Below, in pieces: positions 40,048 through 54,806 of a DNA stretch of 64,000 bases. Both the position numbers and the translations under genes were made by a program. The stretch's first letter is position 1; each line of letters starts with the position of its first letter. Origin of the DNA: the human T2T-CHM13v2.0 reference genome, Homo sapiens; the NCBI RefSeq assembly GCF_009914755.1, contig NC_060928.1; one strand, written 5' to 3'. The notes beneath the pieces are model-generated. The model was not told the origin of the DNA. It did not search any database and saw nothing but the letters and a program-made list of their open reading frames with translations.

Positions 40048-40402
40048 AGTCCCAACCCTCAGTACCCCAGATATGACTGTATTTAGAGATAGGGTCTATA
40101 AAGAGATAATTAAGTTAAAATGAGGTCCTGAGGGTTAAGTCCTAATCCTACATGACTGATGTCCTTATAATGAGAGAATATTTCGATATAGACAGATAAC
40201 AGATACAGAAGGAAGGTCCTCTGAAGGCCCAGAGAGAAGATTGCCATCTACAAACCACAAAGAAAGGCTTCAGAAGAAACCAACCCTACCAACATTGTCA
40301 TCTCTGTCTTCTAGCCTAAGGAAATGTGAGGAAATAAATTTCTGTTGTTTAAACAACCCAGTTAGTGAGGTTTTGTTTCATCACTCCTAGTAAACTAATA
40401 CA
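40048..40402 (+). mobile_element. MLT1B LTR
   Basis: gactgtatttagagatagggtct, aattaagttaaaatgaggtc, aaataaatttctgttgtttaa, aaactaataca. Confidence 0.85.
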
Positions 40403-40626
40403 CCAGGAATGAAATGCTTGAATTTCATCAGAATCTCCTTCAATTCATACAACATATATTTTTTCTTTTATTTTTGACCTCGAAGATATATTTGCTTCTT
40501 ATTTGACTTAAGTAGCACTTTGAAGAAGTGGATCTAAACATTGATTCTTACATCTGGAATCTAAACTGAACTTTTTTTTCTCCCCTCTTATCGTTGGATT
40601 ACTCCATTTAAAACATAGCCTGTTGA

Positions 40627-41050
<424 letters not shown>

Positions 41051-43294
41051 TTAGTCAGCAAGTAATTTATCAGCACCATGCAACTTAGAGAAAGAGTACA
41101 TGCCACGATGGAATTACACCTTAATTAACCAGATGATGTAAAGAAATTACATGTTAACATAGCCTTTTTCAATGACTATTTAAAATGGATACATAATGTG
41201 TGTGTGTATCTCAAAACACTATAGTCCTATAGAGATAAATGTATTAATATAGGTAAAATTAGAACTCACCTAAAATATTGGGCCCTGAAAATATACTGGG
41301 ACAATAGGATCTTTAGGGGTTATCTATTTTCTAGAAGTTAAAAAAATTGTTTTACATTTAAATCATGCACACAAACTAAACTTTCATCTTTTTAAAACCT
41401 CATTTTAGATAGACTCTATTTTTCTTGTGAATCATGAAGCATAATTATCTAACTCCCTGAATCTAGTACATGAGGGCTTGCTATACAGACTCGCCCATGT
41501 GAGAAGTAGCTCAATCATAAAACAGCACTTGTTTTTTAGAACAGGCACTTTTATAACTCTTAAATTATAAAGTGTTATTTGAAACCCCTCTCCATGGTAC
41601 ATATAACAAATGGTTCATCTCTCCTGATTTGCATTCACAGAGGTTTCTTAATGGTAAGAGGTTTCTGTTTTCCTTGGTGGGAGGTGTTACCCTTTGAGTG
41701 TGTACCCAAAGAATTTTGTTTGCACTACAAAAACTACATATCCAAAATATATCTTCCCAATTTGATGAAAATATGTTCAACTTTATTTAAAGTATGCCTG
41801 TAACAAATAAAAGGGCCTAATTTTATTTGTATATATTTCCACTTTCAACATTTATAAAATTTTATTGAGAGATGTCAACTTTTGAAGAACTGGCTCGCGG
41901 TTATTGGTAGTACATTCTGCTTTGTGTTATCTGTGTGCAATGATGTGGAAAACAGATATGAAATTGCCAACAGGATTTATTATATTGACTATCCACCCAT
42001 AATCAAGACTTAAAATCAAAGCACACTGAGTCAAGGGGTATGCATTTTACCTTTAATACCTGTAAGAAATAGAGACAATTAACTCCCCCACTTTTTTTTT
42101 AACCAGTACTTTTTTTTTACAATAAACCATGAAGGATATATAAAATCGTCCTGTGTGTTGAAATGGATACTCAGCATATCTTGTTCTTGATGGCAATTTA
42201 CAAAGATAAATATCTATGTGGGTAGGTAAGTGAATGCATTTGTAAATAATAAAATTATTTAAATAAACTGCAATCAGAATTGGTGTTGCTGTTTAATTTT
42301 ATGTATGTCTTTAAGTTTCACAGGATAATTGAGATTCATTTATCTCTAACAAACGGTGTGATACAATGTCACCATTAGAATTGGGCAAAATAGATAAATA
42401 GGTTTGTTTATTTTAAAGTTCAAGTAAAATGACTTCTAGATCTTGTCTTCTAAGATTAAGATCTTACTGTCCACAAGATGGAAAAATGATAGATAACAGT
42501 AGCACTGATTCTCATAATTTTTAATAGTTTCTTTCACGGAATACCCTTTAACAAGAGAAATACAATAATAATTACAGTTACTCATGAAGGATTTTAGAAA
42601 TGGTAAAAGGGCCAGCTTGAAAGCTCCTGTTTTTCATCTCCACAGAGAAACTGTACTCTTTCATTTCTGTTGTACTAGAGTATAAGAAATCAATGACAGG
42701 TACATCTCTCTTCGGAATAACTTTTATAACCTTCTCTCAAAAAAAGGTCTCTATTTTCTGCATGCTACCCACAGTTCACTGACTTTGAACTAGTCATGTC
42801 CAAACCCCGGCCCAAATAGGTTGTTTCCACTATCTTTGGTGGAAGAATCCCGAGATTTCTTTGCTGAGGTATTTTCAGTTGCTGTTCTCATAATAAAGGT
42901 GACTTTTTAGAGGCCAGCCATGTTACTCATCAAATGAAGTTCAGTGCTTACTTATTTTCTTTGTTAACCTTTTGAAGGTCATATTGGTTTACTAGTGTAT
43001 ATTTAAAAAAAAAAAGTTGCCTACAAATTGATTCTTCTATCCATGTATTTTATTACTTTAGGATTCTTACATAATTATATTTTTTAGTCTTTTGTTATTT
43101 CTGCAAATGAGGGAATTTCCCCTTTAGGGAATAGCAGTGCTTTCAGTCATGACTCTAACTAGAAACAAAATAGATTCTATTACTGTATTATTTAGCTGAT
43201 TTAAATAGTTGACACTAAAATACTTAAAATCTGAAGACGATGCTGATTTCTTGCTGCTGTCAAAGCTTGCAGGGGTCCAGGCTATTTATTTTTT

Positions 43295-44600
43295 TTGTCT
43301 TTCATTAACTAGTTAATTCACAAAACCTTTATAAAGTCCCCACAGTGTATCAAAAACTATATAGTGTATTATAGTAGCTGTAAGAACTGAGAGACTCATG
43401 ATCTCATAAACTCATTATCTATTAATAGGAAGATAAAGAGGGTAAACATAAGTAAGTTCAGAAAATGGAATATTAGCAGAAGAGACAGGCCGGGGAAACT
43501 AAAATATGATCACTAGTCAGAGGAGGACATAAGGGAGTTTCCTTATTTTTTTCCTCTTAAGTTTAAGAAACCAGGATAGGAATTGAGACAATGACACTTG
43601 GGCACAGTGTTTCAAAAAGAGGGAACAGTAGTAATACCCTGAGACATGAGCACACTGGCGTATTTGAGTAACTGGAAGTAGTGTGTCGTGACAGTGTGGT
43701 GGATGAGCTCAGAGTTTTGACTGGAACTTGGAATGTGCAGAAAATATTAGGCCATTGAAAACCACTGGCTTTCCTCTGAATCAGATGAGGAGCCACTGGA
43801 GAGTATTTAGCAGAGCAGTGACTCGATCTCATTGACACGTTCAAAGAATCACTTTGGCTGCTGTGTTTCAGTGAGACTCTATGGAAGGCAATAATGACAG
43901 CAGGAGGCTGTCACTGTAACCTGGCTGAGAAAGGAGGCTATCACTCTTACCTGGGTGAGAGCTAATGGTGCCTTGGAGAATAGTGGGAGTGTGTGTGATA
44001 GTGGGAAATTTTCAGGTTCTATCTATGTTTTGGAAAAAATTGAGTAATTAAAACCATTTTTGCTGATGTTTCAGACGTGGGATTCAAATAAAATATTTCA
44101 AGGATAAATCAAGTTTTTTTTATTGATTGTGTGTGTTTTTTCCCCGGATGGGCTAGAATGATCAAGTACAATGATAAGGAAGACTGTGTGTGGGTGAAAC
44201 AGGTTCTACTAGAATAATAAGCAGTTCTATTTTGAGCATTTCAACTTTGAGATGTTCCAAGTAAAGATATCAAGTATGCAGTTATATATAGTGTTATCAA
44301 GTTTAGTGGACAAATCTGAATCAGAGATATAAATTTACTTGTCATCAGTATGCAGATGGCAATTGAAATTGTGAAACCAGAAGAAATCACTGAAGAAGTG
44401 TAGATAAAAGCTTAAAAAATGATCCATAAGATGCTCTAAAATTATGAAATTGGTGAAAATTGGATTTAACAAAACTGATAAAGTATTACTAGAGTCATAC
44501 AAAAAAAATCAGCAAGTGTGATATACAGAAGGCAAGTGAAAGAAACACTTCTAAGATGAAGATGTTATTAGCCTTGGCTTGTGCTCTGAGGTGATGAAAA
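43295..44600 (-). mobile_element. L2a
   Basis: gaggagccactggagagtatttagcagagcagtgac, gaatcactttggctgctgtg, gtcatcagtatgcagatggcaattgaa. Confidence 0.85.
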
Positions 44601-44617
44601 TGGGACAGTATATATCA

Positions 44618-45381
<764 letters not shown>

Positions 45382-45761
45382 AAGAATGGACTTTGGTTCA
45401 TAACAACAGGTAAATATTGGTTCATTATTTGTACAAATGTACCACACTGAGGTAATATATTAGTAATATGGGAAACTGGGGCATACTCTCCATACTATCT
45501 TCATAATTTTTTTTTAAATCTAAAACTGTTCTAAAATACAAATTTTATTTAAAATGTTTATTAGAAGTATTATTAGGACCTTTCAAAATATTAAATAACT
45601 TTCTCCTCGTCCTGCTTTACTAAGATTTTAAAAATATGAATGTGTGATGAAAGCTATCATATATTTTCCACATATATTTATATAAACCATCTATTTTCCC
45701 ATTTAATGTGACAAACTATAAGGAAAATTATATTTAAAGATTTTCCAAAGTTAAAATGTTT

Positions 45762-46000
45762 TAATTAGTTCTGATAGTATAGAACAAGCTGCAGTAAAAA
45801 GCAAAAACAAACACAAAAGCAAACTAACTCCCAATCTCAGTGACTTCAACATCAAAGGATCATACCTGTCTTGAACCACAGGTTGAACTTCAATAGGCAG
45901 TCTGATACAGGACACCCTCACACCAGGGACCCATCTGAAGGAACTTCTATCATCTAGATGTCCCTGGACACTGAAAAAAGAGAAATATGATCAAAGACAC
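45762..46000 (-). mobile_element. Old MaLR LTR fragment, MLT1J/I-like
   Basis: gctgcagtaa, caatctcagtgacttcaac, ccagggacccatctgaagga. Confidence 0.5.
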
Positions 46001-46186
46001 AGAAACACATTTTTGAAGGATATTTTTTGTTGGGTCTTTTATTCTGTTGTGTCTATAGTTTAGTCTCTGTAGTAAATTTTTAATCTCAGGTATTATATTG
46101 TTACACTTTGGAAATTTAATCTAGCTTTCTTATCATTAGGTTTATGTTTTTCCCTTGAGGTAGTTGCTGACTTTTAAAATGGTATC

Positions 46187-46603
46187 TCCTATAGTTTGGA
46201 TCTGTGTCCCCGCTCAAATCTTATGTTGAATTGCAATCCTCAATGTTGGAGGTAGGGTCTGGTGGGAGATACGTGGTTCATGGGTGAGGATCCCTCATGG
46301 CTTGGTGCTGTCCTTGTGACAGTGAGTGAGTTTTCGCCAAGATCTGGTTGTTTAAAAGTGTGTGGTACCCTCCCCCGGAACCTTTGGAACCTTTTGCTCA
46401 AGCTGTGCCATGTGAGATGCTTGCTCCTACTTCACATTCTGCCATGAGTAAAAGCTTCCTGAGGCCTCCCCAGAAGCCAAGCAGGTGACTGCACCATGCA
46501 TCCTGTACAGCCTGCAGAACCGTGAGCCAATTAAACCTCTTTTCTTCCAGAACTACCTAGTCTCAGGTATTTCTTTATAGTAATGCAAGAACAGACCAAT
46601 ATG
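46187..46603 (+). mobile_element. MSTA/MSTB solo LTR
   Basis: tatagtttggatctgtgtcccc, tcatggcttggtgctgtcc, cctgtacagcctgcagaaccgtgagccaattaaacctcttttc. Confidence 0.92.
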
Positions 46604-46609
46604 GTGTTT

Positions 46610-47670
46610 GATAGGCTGAGAAACTGCTAAGAGCTTTTGGTCGACTCATGAAGCCAAAGAGAAGAATGGTACAAACTGAAGTTCAATGCTTCAAGAAGGA
46701 AGAGTCTAGAAATATCCCAGTCATTCAGTCAGGATTCCTAAGGGATATATGCTAGGAGTACAGGGGAAGTGGAATTTGACTTGTCCTTAGAAGGACTGAA
46801 GTTCATCCTTGCATAATGTTATTTCCTGGTTAGATCAAAATTAAATGGAATTGCTCATTTCCCTAGCCTATCAGCCTATCAGAAGCCAAAAGAAATTATC
46901 TCTTGGGGAATATGGATTCATACAACCCTTAAATTATAGTTATATTTTTATTTGCAATGTATGCCATTTAAATCATAATAACCAAGTATATAACAAGACA
47001 AGCCTTAACAATTAATCAAGTGGCAAAAACAAAATAATAGATACAGGCTCGCAAGAAATCCGGATAATAGAGTTATAGACATAGACTTTAAACTGATTAA
47101 TATGTCAAAGAATTGCAAAATATACTGAAGAAAACAAGAGTTTGAACATAAATGAAATGGAAATTTCAGAACCAAATTTTTGTTCTTTCTAGTCACAAAT
47201 TTTTTCTTTAGCTATGTTCGATCTGCTGTTAATCAGATCCATTAAGTTTTATTTTTAATTATTTTATCTTTCAAAAATCATAACATAGATATGAAAAAAT
47301 ATCTGGAATAACATATGAAGAGGGAACAGTAGCATAAATATTCTGGAGGAGTCTAATGCAGAAGAGTGTAAACAATGTTAAGAGTCAAAGAAAGAAAAAG
47401 AACACATATCTTATGGTTTTATTTACATAAAGTGAAAAAACAATAAAACCGTATTTATAATGTCACATGTCTTGACATTTCTTAACTTCAGAAAGAAGAG
47501 AATGGTACTTAGAAGATGGGAAAAGGCATAGGAGTTCTTGGGTGATGACATTGTTCTATATTCGAACCTTATCACTAGTTACACATGTGTGCTCATTTTG
47601 TAGTGTTTCTTCAGGCTAACCACTTACTTTTACACTTTTTTGTTTATTTTATACATCAAAAAAAGTTTTG
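46610..47670 (+). mobile_element. Old L1M fragments (5'/ORF1-proximal piece and 3' UTR piece)
   Basis: ccggataatagagttatagacatagacttta; later ttgggtgatgacattgttctatattc, ttacacatgtgtgctcattttgt. Confidence 0.55.
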
Positions 47671-47929
47671 CTATCAAATCAAGGCCTTTAACACATATTA
47701 AACTATTATTGACCCTCTCTCATTACCCCCAAAATTGAACATCTAACTACCTAATCAATGTTTACCAAGTTGGGTTTGGGAAATAAATGATTTGTCTATG
47801 ATAATCTTTTAATTTCAAGTTTTCATATTGATAACAATCTTAACAATTAACTTAAAAATAGTCTCCATGATCTAGATGGCTACTTATGATTGCTATTTTT
47901 TTTTTCCTTTTTGTGTGTCAGATCAGTTG

Positions 47930-48180
47930 AGCTGGAGAGAGAGTTGAGCTGTCAGATGTTGACGGTAGCCAATAAATTCAGCAAAATATATTGAAAGTAA
48001 CAATCAAGCCTTTAATCACTTACTCTGATAGTACAAGCAAGAGAATAAAACCTGTTCCATTTTCCCCCATGGAACAATAGGCAGGTAAGCTGGGAATGGA
48101 TCAGTGCAGATATGGGTACTGCTTCACTGATAGGAAGCTCTGGACACAAGGTCCTAGCATTTTTATGGATCTTGGGATTG
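47930..48180 (-). mobile_element. Probable ERVL-type LTR fragment
   Basis: aagcctttaatcacttac (antisense ATTAAA and GTAAG) and ttttatgg (antisense TATA-like). Confidence 0.35.
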
Positions 48181-48184
48181 GTTT

Positions 48185-50920
48185 TATATGAACTGTTCTT
48201 TTTGTGTCCTATCTAAAAATGCTTTGTGTGCCCCAAGGCTGTGAAAGCAGTCATCTTTATCTTGATCCTTTATAATGTTTGCTTTTACATTTCAACCTAT
48301 GATCTATTGCAAAGTACTGTTTTAATATGTTGTGGGATGGACCAAAATTGTTTTGTTCATTTGTTTGTTTAATATGGTTATTCCAATAATCTTTTTCCCA
48401 TTATATTACACTGAAAACTTTATTAAAAATAAATTTACCATGTACATACCAGTCTACTTTTGGATTCTATTCTGTTCCATTAATATGAGTTTTTAAAATC
48501 CTATGTAAAAATTACATTATCTTGATTACTATAGTATCTATTAATGTCAGATGGTATAATTTTTCCCAATTTGCTTTAGGGATTATAGTATATTGCTTAT
48601 TTCCAATAAACTACTTAGATTTAGTACTGTACTACCTCACATAAAATGTAAATGATAAGAACAACAGAATATTAAACAATATCATTTCATTAACTTCTCC
48701 TAACCTTTGTGCCTTTCTTGTTATATATGTGATATATAGATATGTTAAAATGTTGGCATTTTATTTTAAATAGTCAATTTTTGTTTAAATATATTAAGAA
48801 AATGAAGCAAAAATAATATTATGTATTTATACTTACATTTTCCCATTCTAGTTTCTGGTTCTGTTCATTTCTTCATGTATACCTGAGTTTCTATCCGGTA
48901 ACATTTCCCTTCAATGTGAAGAACATCCTTAATCATTTCTTACAGCTTTTTTCTGTTGGGAACTATTTCTTTAAACTGTGTCTGAAAATTCTGTATTTCA
49001 AATTTAGTCCTATTTATAAGGGATAATTTCTCTAGCTATAGGATTCCAGTTGACAACTTTTTAAAAACATATTAAACTTATTGTGTTTTATCATGCCTTC
49101 ATCTAATAAGGTTGCTGGAATTTTTGATATTGATATCTTGTTTTTGTTAGGTTTTCAGAAGTTTTACTATGATATGCATACATGAGGTTTTTTTTTTCTG
49201 TGTTTTTCATTGTGTTTGTGTGTTTTTTTGTTTGTTTGTTTGTTTTTGTTTTTTTTTGTTTTTTTGAGATAGGACCTCTTTCTATTGCCCAGGCTAGAAT
49301 GCAGTGGTGCAATCATGGCTTATTATAGCCTCAACCTCCTGGGCTTAAGAAATTCTCCTCCATCACCCTTCCAAGTAACTAGGACTACAGATGCGCACCA
49401 CCATATCTGCCTTTTTTTTTATTTTTTGTAGAAATGTGGTCATGTTATGTTGCCCAGGCTGATCTTGAATCCCTGGGTTGAAGCAATTCTCCCTCCTTGG
49501 CCTCCCAAAGTGCTGGGATTACAGGCATGAACCTCTGTGCCTGGTGTATTTGTTGTTTTGTTTTAACATAGTTACCTTCTTTGGGCTTGCTAAGCTTTTA
49601 AGATACACCATGAGTTCATCTTTTTCAGCATATTTAGGCAGTTTGCAGACAAATATTTCTTCAAAATTTTCTTTCTATCTCCTCTTTCCTTTGTAAAATC
49701 CAATTGTATGTATGTCAGTTGACTTGATCCCTCAAGTATTTGAGTCTCTGCTCATTTTTTATTCTAGCTTTCCTTCTCTTTTGCTTCAGTTTGAACAATT
49801 TCTATTAACCTAAATTCAAGTTAATGGATATTTTTATTTTTCCTTTCAGTTGATCCTGTGAGTTTTTTCACTTCAGATATTTAATATTTTATTTTATGGG
49901 AATTCATTAGGACTCTTTTCTTACAGTTTACTTTTTCTGAGATCCCCCATTTTTTCTCTTTTTGACTACCTTTTCTTTCAAATGCTTGAATATATATATA
50001 TCTTTTTCAAATATTTTATATGCACATTCCAACATCTGTATCACTTTAGGGTCTGTTTCTACTCTGTCTTTTATTCTTTTGGCTGAAGAATACATGCTTC
50101 TGTTTCTCGAGTGTGAAAAATCTGTTTCTGGTTATCCCATGTCTAGTATTTATGATTGTTTGCTATATTGTAAGATGTTTGGATTGTGTTTCTTTCTTTG
50201 AAGTACTGTGTTTTGTTCTGGCATACAGTTAAATGAATAATTAATCACCACGTGCCTTTATTTTAGGCTTTTTCTGCATGTATCTGTTTTAATTTTTTGC
50301 CTAGTTATAGTCTGTAACTCCTACTTTTGAAGAGTGACCTTTCTGGACTGTCAACTGTACCATAGCAGGATTACTTGCTACTTAGGAAGCGTCTCCCCAT
50401 TAGCTCAGCTATACTGAAATATTTCCCAGAATTGAGCAACCTCTGAAGTCTTCATTCATTCATTAGCCTCCCGGAAGTTGGGCAGGCCTTAAAGTCTCAC
50501 CTTGAGCATGCATAGCCTTGTCCTCATCATCCTTAAAAACAGAGGATATAACATGCTGCCCTAAGGGTCTTCTCTGTACTTCTCTCCCCTTTCTATTATC
50601 CTGCCTCATAAACTTATCCCTACTCAGAAGATCTGAATTCTTATGTCTTCCTGTTTCATTCATTGACACTCAAGCTTTCTTCCTGGGTTCCTCATCTCTG
50701 TGCTGTGGTCTAAAAAAAAAATTCCCATGCAAGAAGCCAGGGTGAATGCAGAGCTCACTCGAAGTGTTTCTCTTCTTTCAAATAAAATAGTCTTACACTC
50801 TCTGCTGTCTACTGCTTGAAAACATTTACTTTATATATTGCGGGTATTTTAATACTTGTTTACAAAGGGTGCATAGGTCTCATATGGTAACTGTGCTATG
50901 GCTTTAGAAATGGAAATCCT
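48185..50920 (-). mobile_element. Old L1M (ME/MC-like) including ORF1 and 5' end, interrupted by an AluJ
   Basis: T-rich antisense blocks tgtctgaaaat, gctataggattccagttgaca, aaatatttcttcaaa; 5'-end block near 50630-50920. Confidence 0.75.
49222..49545 (-). mobile_element. AluJ with (TTTG)n tail
   Basis: aatcatggct..atagcctcaacctcctgggct, ttttgtagaaatg, atgttgcccaggctgatcttgaa. Confidence 0.92.
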
Positions 50921-51140
50921 AGATATATTTTATTTACATCTAGCTAAATAAAACAAGAACTACGTGGTTTGCTATAATTATCTCAAAGCTATGCTTTTGA
51001 AAATAAGTACATTCTACCTTGTCAATTTAAAAAGAGAATTTAGCTGCACTTGATTGAATATGCTAGACCTGGTATACAGTGTTCCTATGGAGACACCAAC
51101 ATTTAATGTGCACCCCCAATTTTTAAGCTAATAAAACAAT

Positions 51141-51195
51141 ATGATGAAGAAGAAGAAGATGATGATGATGATGATGAGAATCATCATCATCATCA
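51141..51195. repeat. (GAA)n-(GAT)n-(ATC)n compound repeat forming a palindrome
   Basis: tgatgatgatgatga gaa tcatcatcatcatca. Confidence 0.95.
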
Positions 51196-51350
51196 CAGGT
51201 AACATTGAATATTTTGTATGCTTTAAATTTTTTACTCAACACTCATGGAAACCTTGTGAAATTGGTAATATTTTATATAAAGGGACTTGGGCACAGAAAG
51301 ATTAAGTCATTTGCTCAAAGCCACGCATAGAAGATGTGTTAGAACTGAGC
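51196..51350 (-). mobile_element. MIR
   Basis: gggcacagaaagattaagtcatttgctcaaagccac core. Confidence 0.75.
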
Positions 51351-51617
51351 AACTAATAGAAACAGCCCTGTTCACGCTCTTCCCCAGTGTTTTACCATCT
51401 CAAAAGACCAACTGTTTCTCTTGTGAGCTTCAAGAACATGCTTTTCTCCACTTCCTGCTATGCCACTTCGTTCCACTTCATTGCCTCATAAAATAAAATT
51501 AAACTGAAGAGTAGGAAAAGTGAAGAACACAATTTGAGGCAGTTATAGATAAGACAATTTCTAGGAGCAAAGATAATTTCCGAGAGAGAACATTTTATGA
51601 CAAGAGTGATCAATCAA

Positions 51618-51930
<313 letters not shown>

Positions 51931-51949
51931 TTAATAAATTTTAGAACAT

Positions 51950-52205
51950 AGTTTACATGTCCTTTCTTCTAGAAAGACTTTGTTAAATAGTCACTACCAT
52001 CTCCCCTCCAAATTGGATAAACGGGCCCTCTTCTGTGTATTGGAATCCTCATCACAGTACACGTGACACTGTTCCATAAATGTCCCTTTACTCATCTACC
52101 TATCTCTAAACACAAAACATTTTCTTGAAAACTGATCCTTGTGTTATTCACTCCTTTATTTCAAGTACAGGCACACAATGCCTACAAAATGCTCACAGTT
52201 ATTTT
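51950..52205 (+). mobile_element. L2 3' end
   Basis: ttcttctagaaagact, gggccctcttctgtg, gtgttattcactcctttatttc, cacaatgcct. Confidence 0.55.
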
Positions 52206-54029
52206 GTAAAAATCTTTCATTTGCATACCTTGCACAATCAAGAAGTTTCAGACACAACTATACATGATATAGCCAAGATCTCCCTTTTCAAGAAAGTTGA
52301 TTTCCACCCTTGTCTGCAGTTTGATAGTGAAGCCCTGGCTTGATTATGCTGTGATTATTTTTAGTCTTCTGGAACCATTTGCCAGTGCTTGCACTGTGGA
52401 GGATGAGCTTATATATTCCTTGAGGTAGTCATAGAAAGAGCAGCTTCTTCACGTTAACGGTAGCCGGAGCGTAGTAGTATTTATCAGAAGTAGAAGCTAC
52501 TGAAATTTTTATATGGCCATTTATGGTCTCAACGAATTGTAGGAAATAAATGACAGCGGAGCTATTTTCCAGAACATATGAGTGTTAAATCTAAAAGAAT
52601 TATTTAACAGCATGAAATTTTAAATAGGAGGCATTTAATTAACATGAAAATGTTTTTTTTAAGACACAGGCTTACAGTTAGAGTGTGAAAACAAGTGGCT
52701 AAAATGGTTCTAAAAGGTGGCATAACCTGAGTCCCACACTTGGCAAAATATGAATGCTTTCAGAAAAATAGAATTCCAAAACATCTAATTAACTTCTGGC
52801 TAAAAATAATGAGTTTTTCCCATTTTATCTTTTCTTTTTCTTCTAGTGGGTCTCACTTAGTAAACTGTTTAGGTTGCCTCAAGATATAAAATCTGTCAAG
52901 AACATTATTGAGACATGGGGGATGGTTCGTAGAATCTTCTCCGTCAGAATAGATGACAACTAATTATAGTCCAGAAACTGGAAAACCCTGGGGAAGACGG
53001 AAAGTCTGAGTCTGCCCAGATAAGGTTGTTTGAGGCTATTTTTGATGGTTAGAGTATTTATGAGTTGTATTAATAATAAATGAACTAATGTTGTAGCACT
53101 AAAATATGAAAACATTCTTATTTGACCATGAGAAATTTGCTTGCCTGGCAACAATAATAAAAAGAAAATAAACATTAAATAATAAATTACTTCTTTAAAA
53201 GAAAGTTTTTATGCAATTCTTTAATATTCATAGCGTTGTAAACCAAGGTGTTTAAAGCTTTGTAGTGCTGCATTGTAAAAGAGAAGGAATATATTTTACT
53301 TAATTTAAGAAATGTTTTGTGATTTCTTTTTAAAATCACTGTGTATTCCTTAGTGCTAACATTTTTCTCTGTGTATCCTCTATTATTAAGCAATTAATGT
53401 TATTTATAATTAAATGACACTATTTAGTTGCCATTCTATCACATAATACTTAATAAACGAATAATGATCCTTGAGGTTTTATTATCCTTTCTGGCAAGGG
53501 AGAGAAAAGGGCTTCTCTTGGTCTCTCTCTGGCACTTGTATGAAGAGTTTTCTTCTAAGTCTGCAGACTCAGTGAGTACACTGGAGAAATACCAGGAGTG
53601 TATTTTGATTTCAAAGGCATTAGGTAAGCTCTCACAGTCTGAAGCCTAAGTCAGACATTGGTGCCACAATGCCTGAAACTTACCATGTATATCTGAGAAT
53701 TTTTATTAATCAGTGTCCCTTTTCCTCAGCCTTTTATTGCAAAACAAAACGTGTGCATAAGTGGGGAAGGCAGACAATGTTATTACTTTGGCTTTGATCG
53801 GTTCATTAGATCCTTTGTGACTAGAACCTGGAGTATGTGTGCAAGAGATAGTAAAAAATGGTACATGCAGAATAGTGATAATGTATTTTGTATTCTCACT
53901 TTCCAGCCCTATATATAAAACTGAAAGGATAAAGACACATTAGATAGGTAGGTAGGTAGACAGAATGAATATCACCCCAGTTCATAAACCAATTTACCTA
54001 ATGTGTATAATTCCAACAATGTTTACTAC

Positions 54030-54806
54030 TGAAACGGGAAAGGTTCCCTTGTCTCTGTCAAAGGGTGTACGATGGGGGTGTGGCTCACTTCTTCAGTACC
54101 CTGCTGCTCAAACCTCTAGGGGAGCATACAGATGGGCAGGTCGTGCGGCGACTCCACAGCAGTGTCTAGGGGTGAATACCACAGCTGAAGCCTCAGTGGG
54201 CCTGTGTTACAGGGTGCTCTTTTAGGTTGCCGTGTATAGGCAGCTTGTATTAACCAACTCAATTAGCGCCCCCTTCCTTTTCACAAGGACAGAGGGATTT
54301 CTGTATCCCGAGGTTTCTTACCTTGGTGTACTGGATGAATCGGATCACATGTGGGCTTGGAGAATGAGTGCAAGGTTTTATTAAGTAGAAGTAGCTCTCA
54401 GAAGATTCTGGAGTCACAGGGGAGATGGTTTTCCGCTGGAGTCTTCTCTGACCCCTCTGGCCAAACTCTTCTCTGATAATTCTGGCCAAACTCCGTGTCT
54501 TTCTGACGATCGATGGCCTGCGGTGCCTGCCAGTGTGCTCTTCCCCTGGCGGATTCTCCAAGACCAGCTGCTTTTGTCTTCTTCCGCTGATGTGTTCCTC
54601 ATGACGTCCAGCCACTTCCGCATCTGCCCAATAGGGTCTCGGGTTTTTATAGGCCCAGGATGGGGGCGTGGCAGGCCAGAGTGGTCTGGGGGAATGCAAC
54701 ATTTGGGCAGGAAATGCCTGACCTCAGGTAGGTCCATTTGGGTGGAGCCCCGGGCAAAGACCATGCCCTCCTCTACCTAGCGCTTCCCTCCCCTACTTCT
54801 GTATCA
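54030..54806 (-). mobile_element. LTR1-family solo LTR (HUERS-P2, ERV1)
   Basis: Minus strand TGATACAGAAG...CCCGTTTCA; TATAAAAA at about 54645-54652; AATAAA at about 54377-54382. Confidence 0.9.

Noticed and set aside
54259-54780. Overlapping 85-147 aa ORFs
   Set aside because: Lie inside the GC-rich LTR1, where stops are rare.
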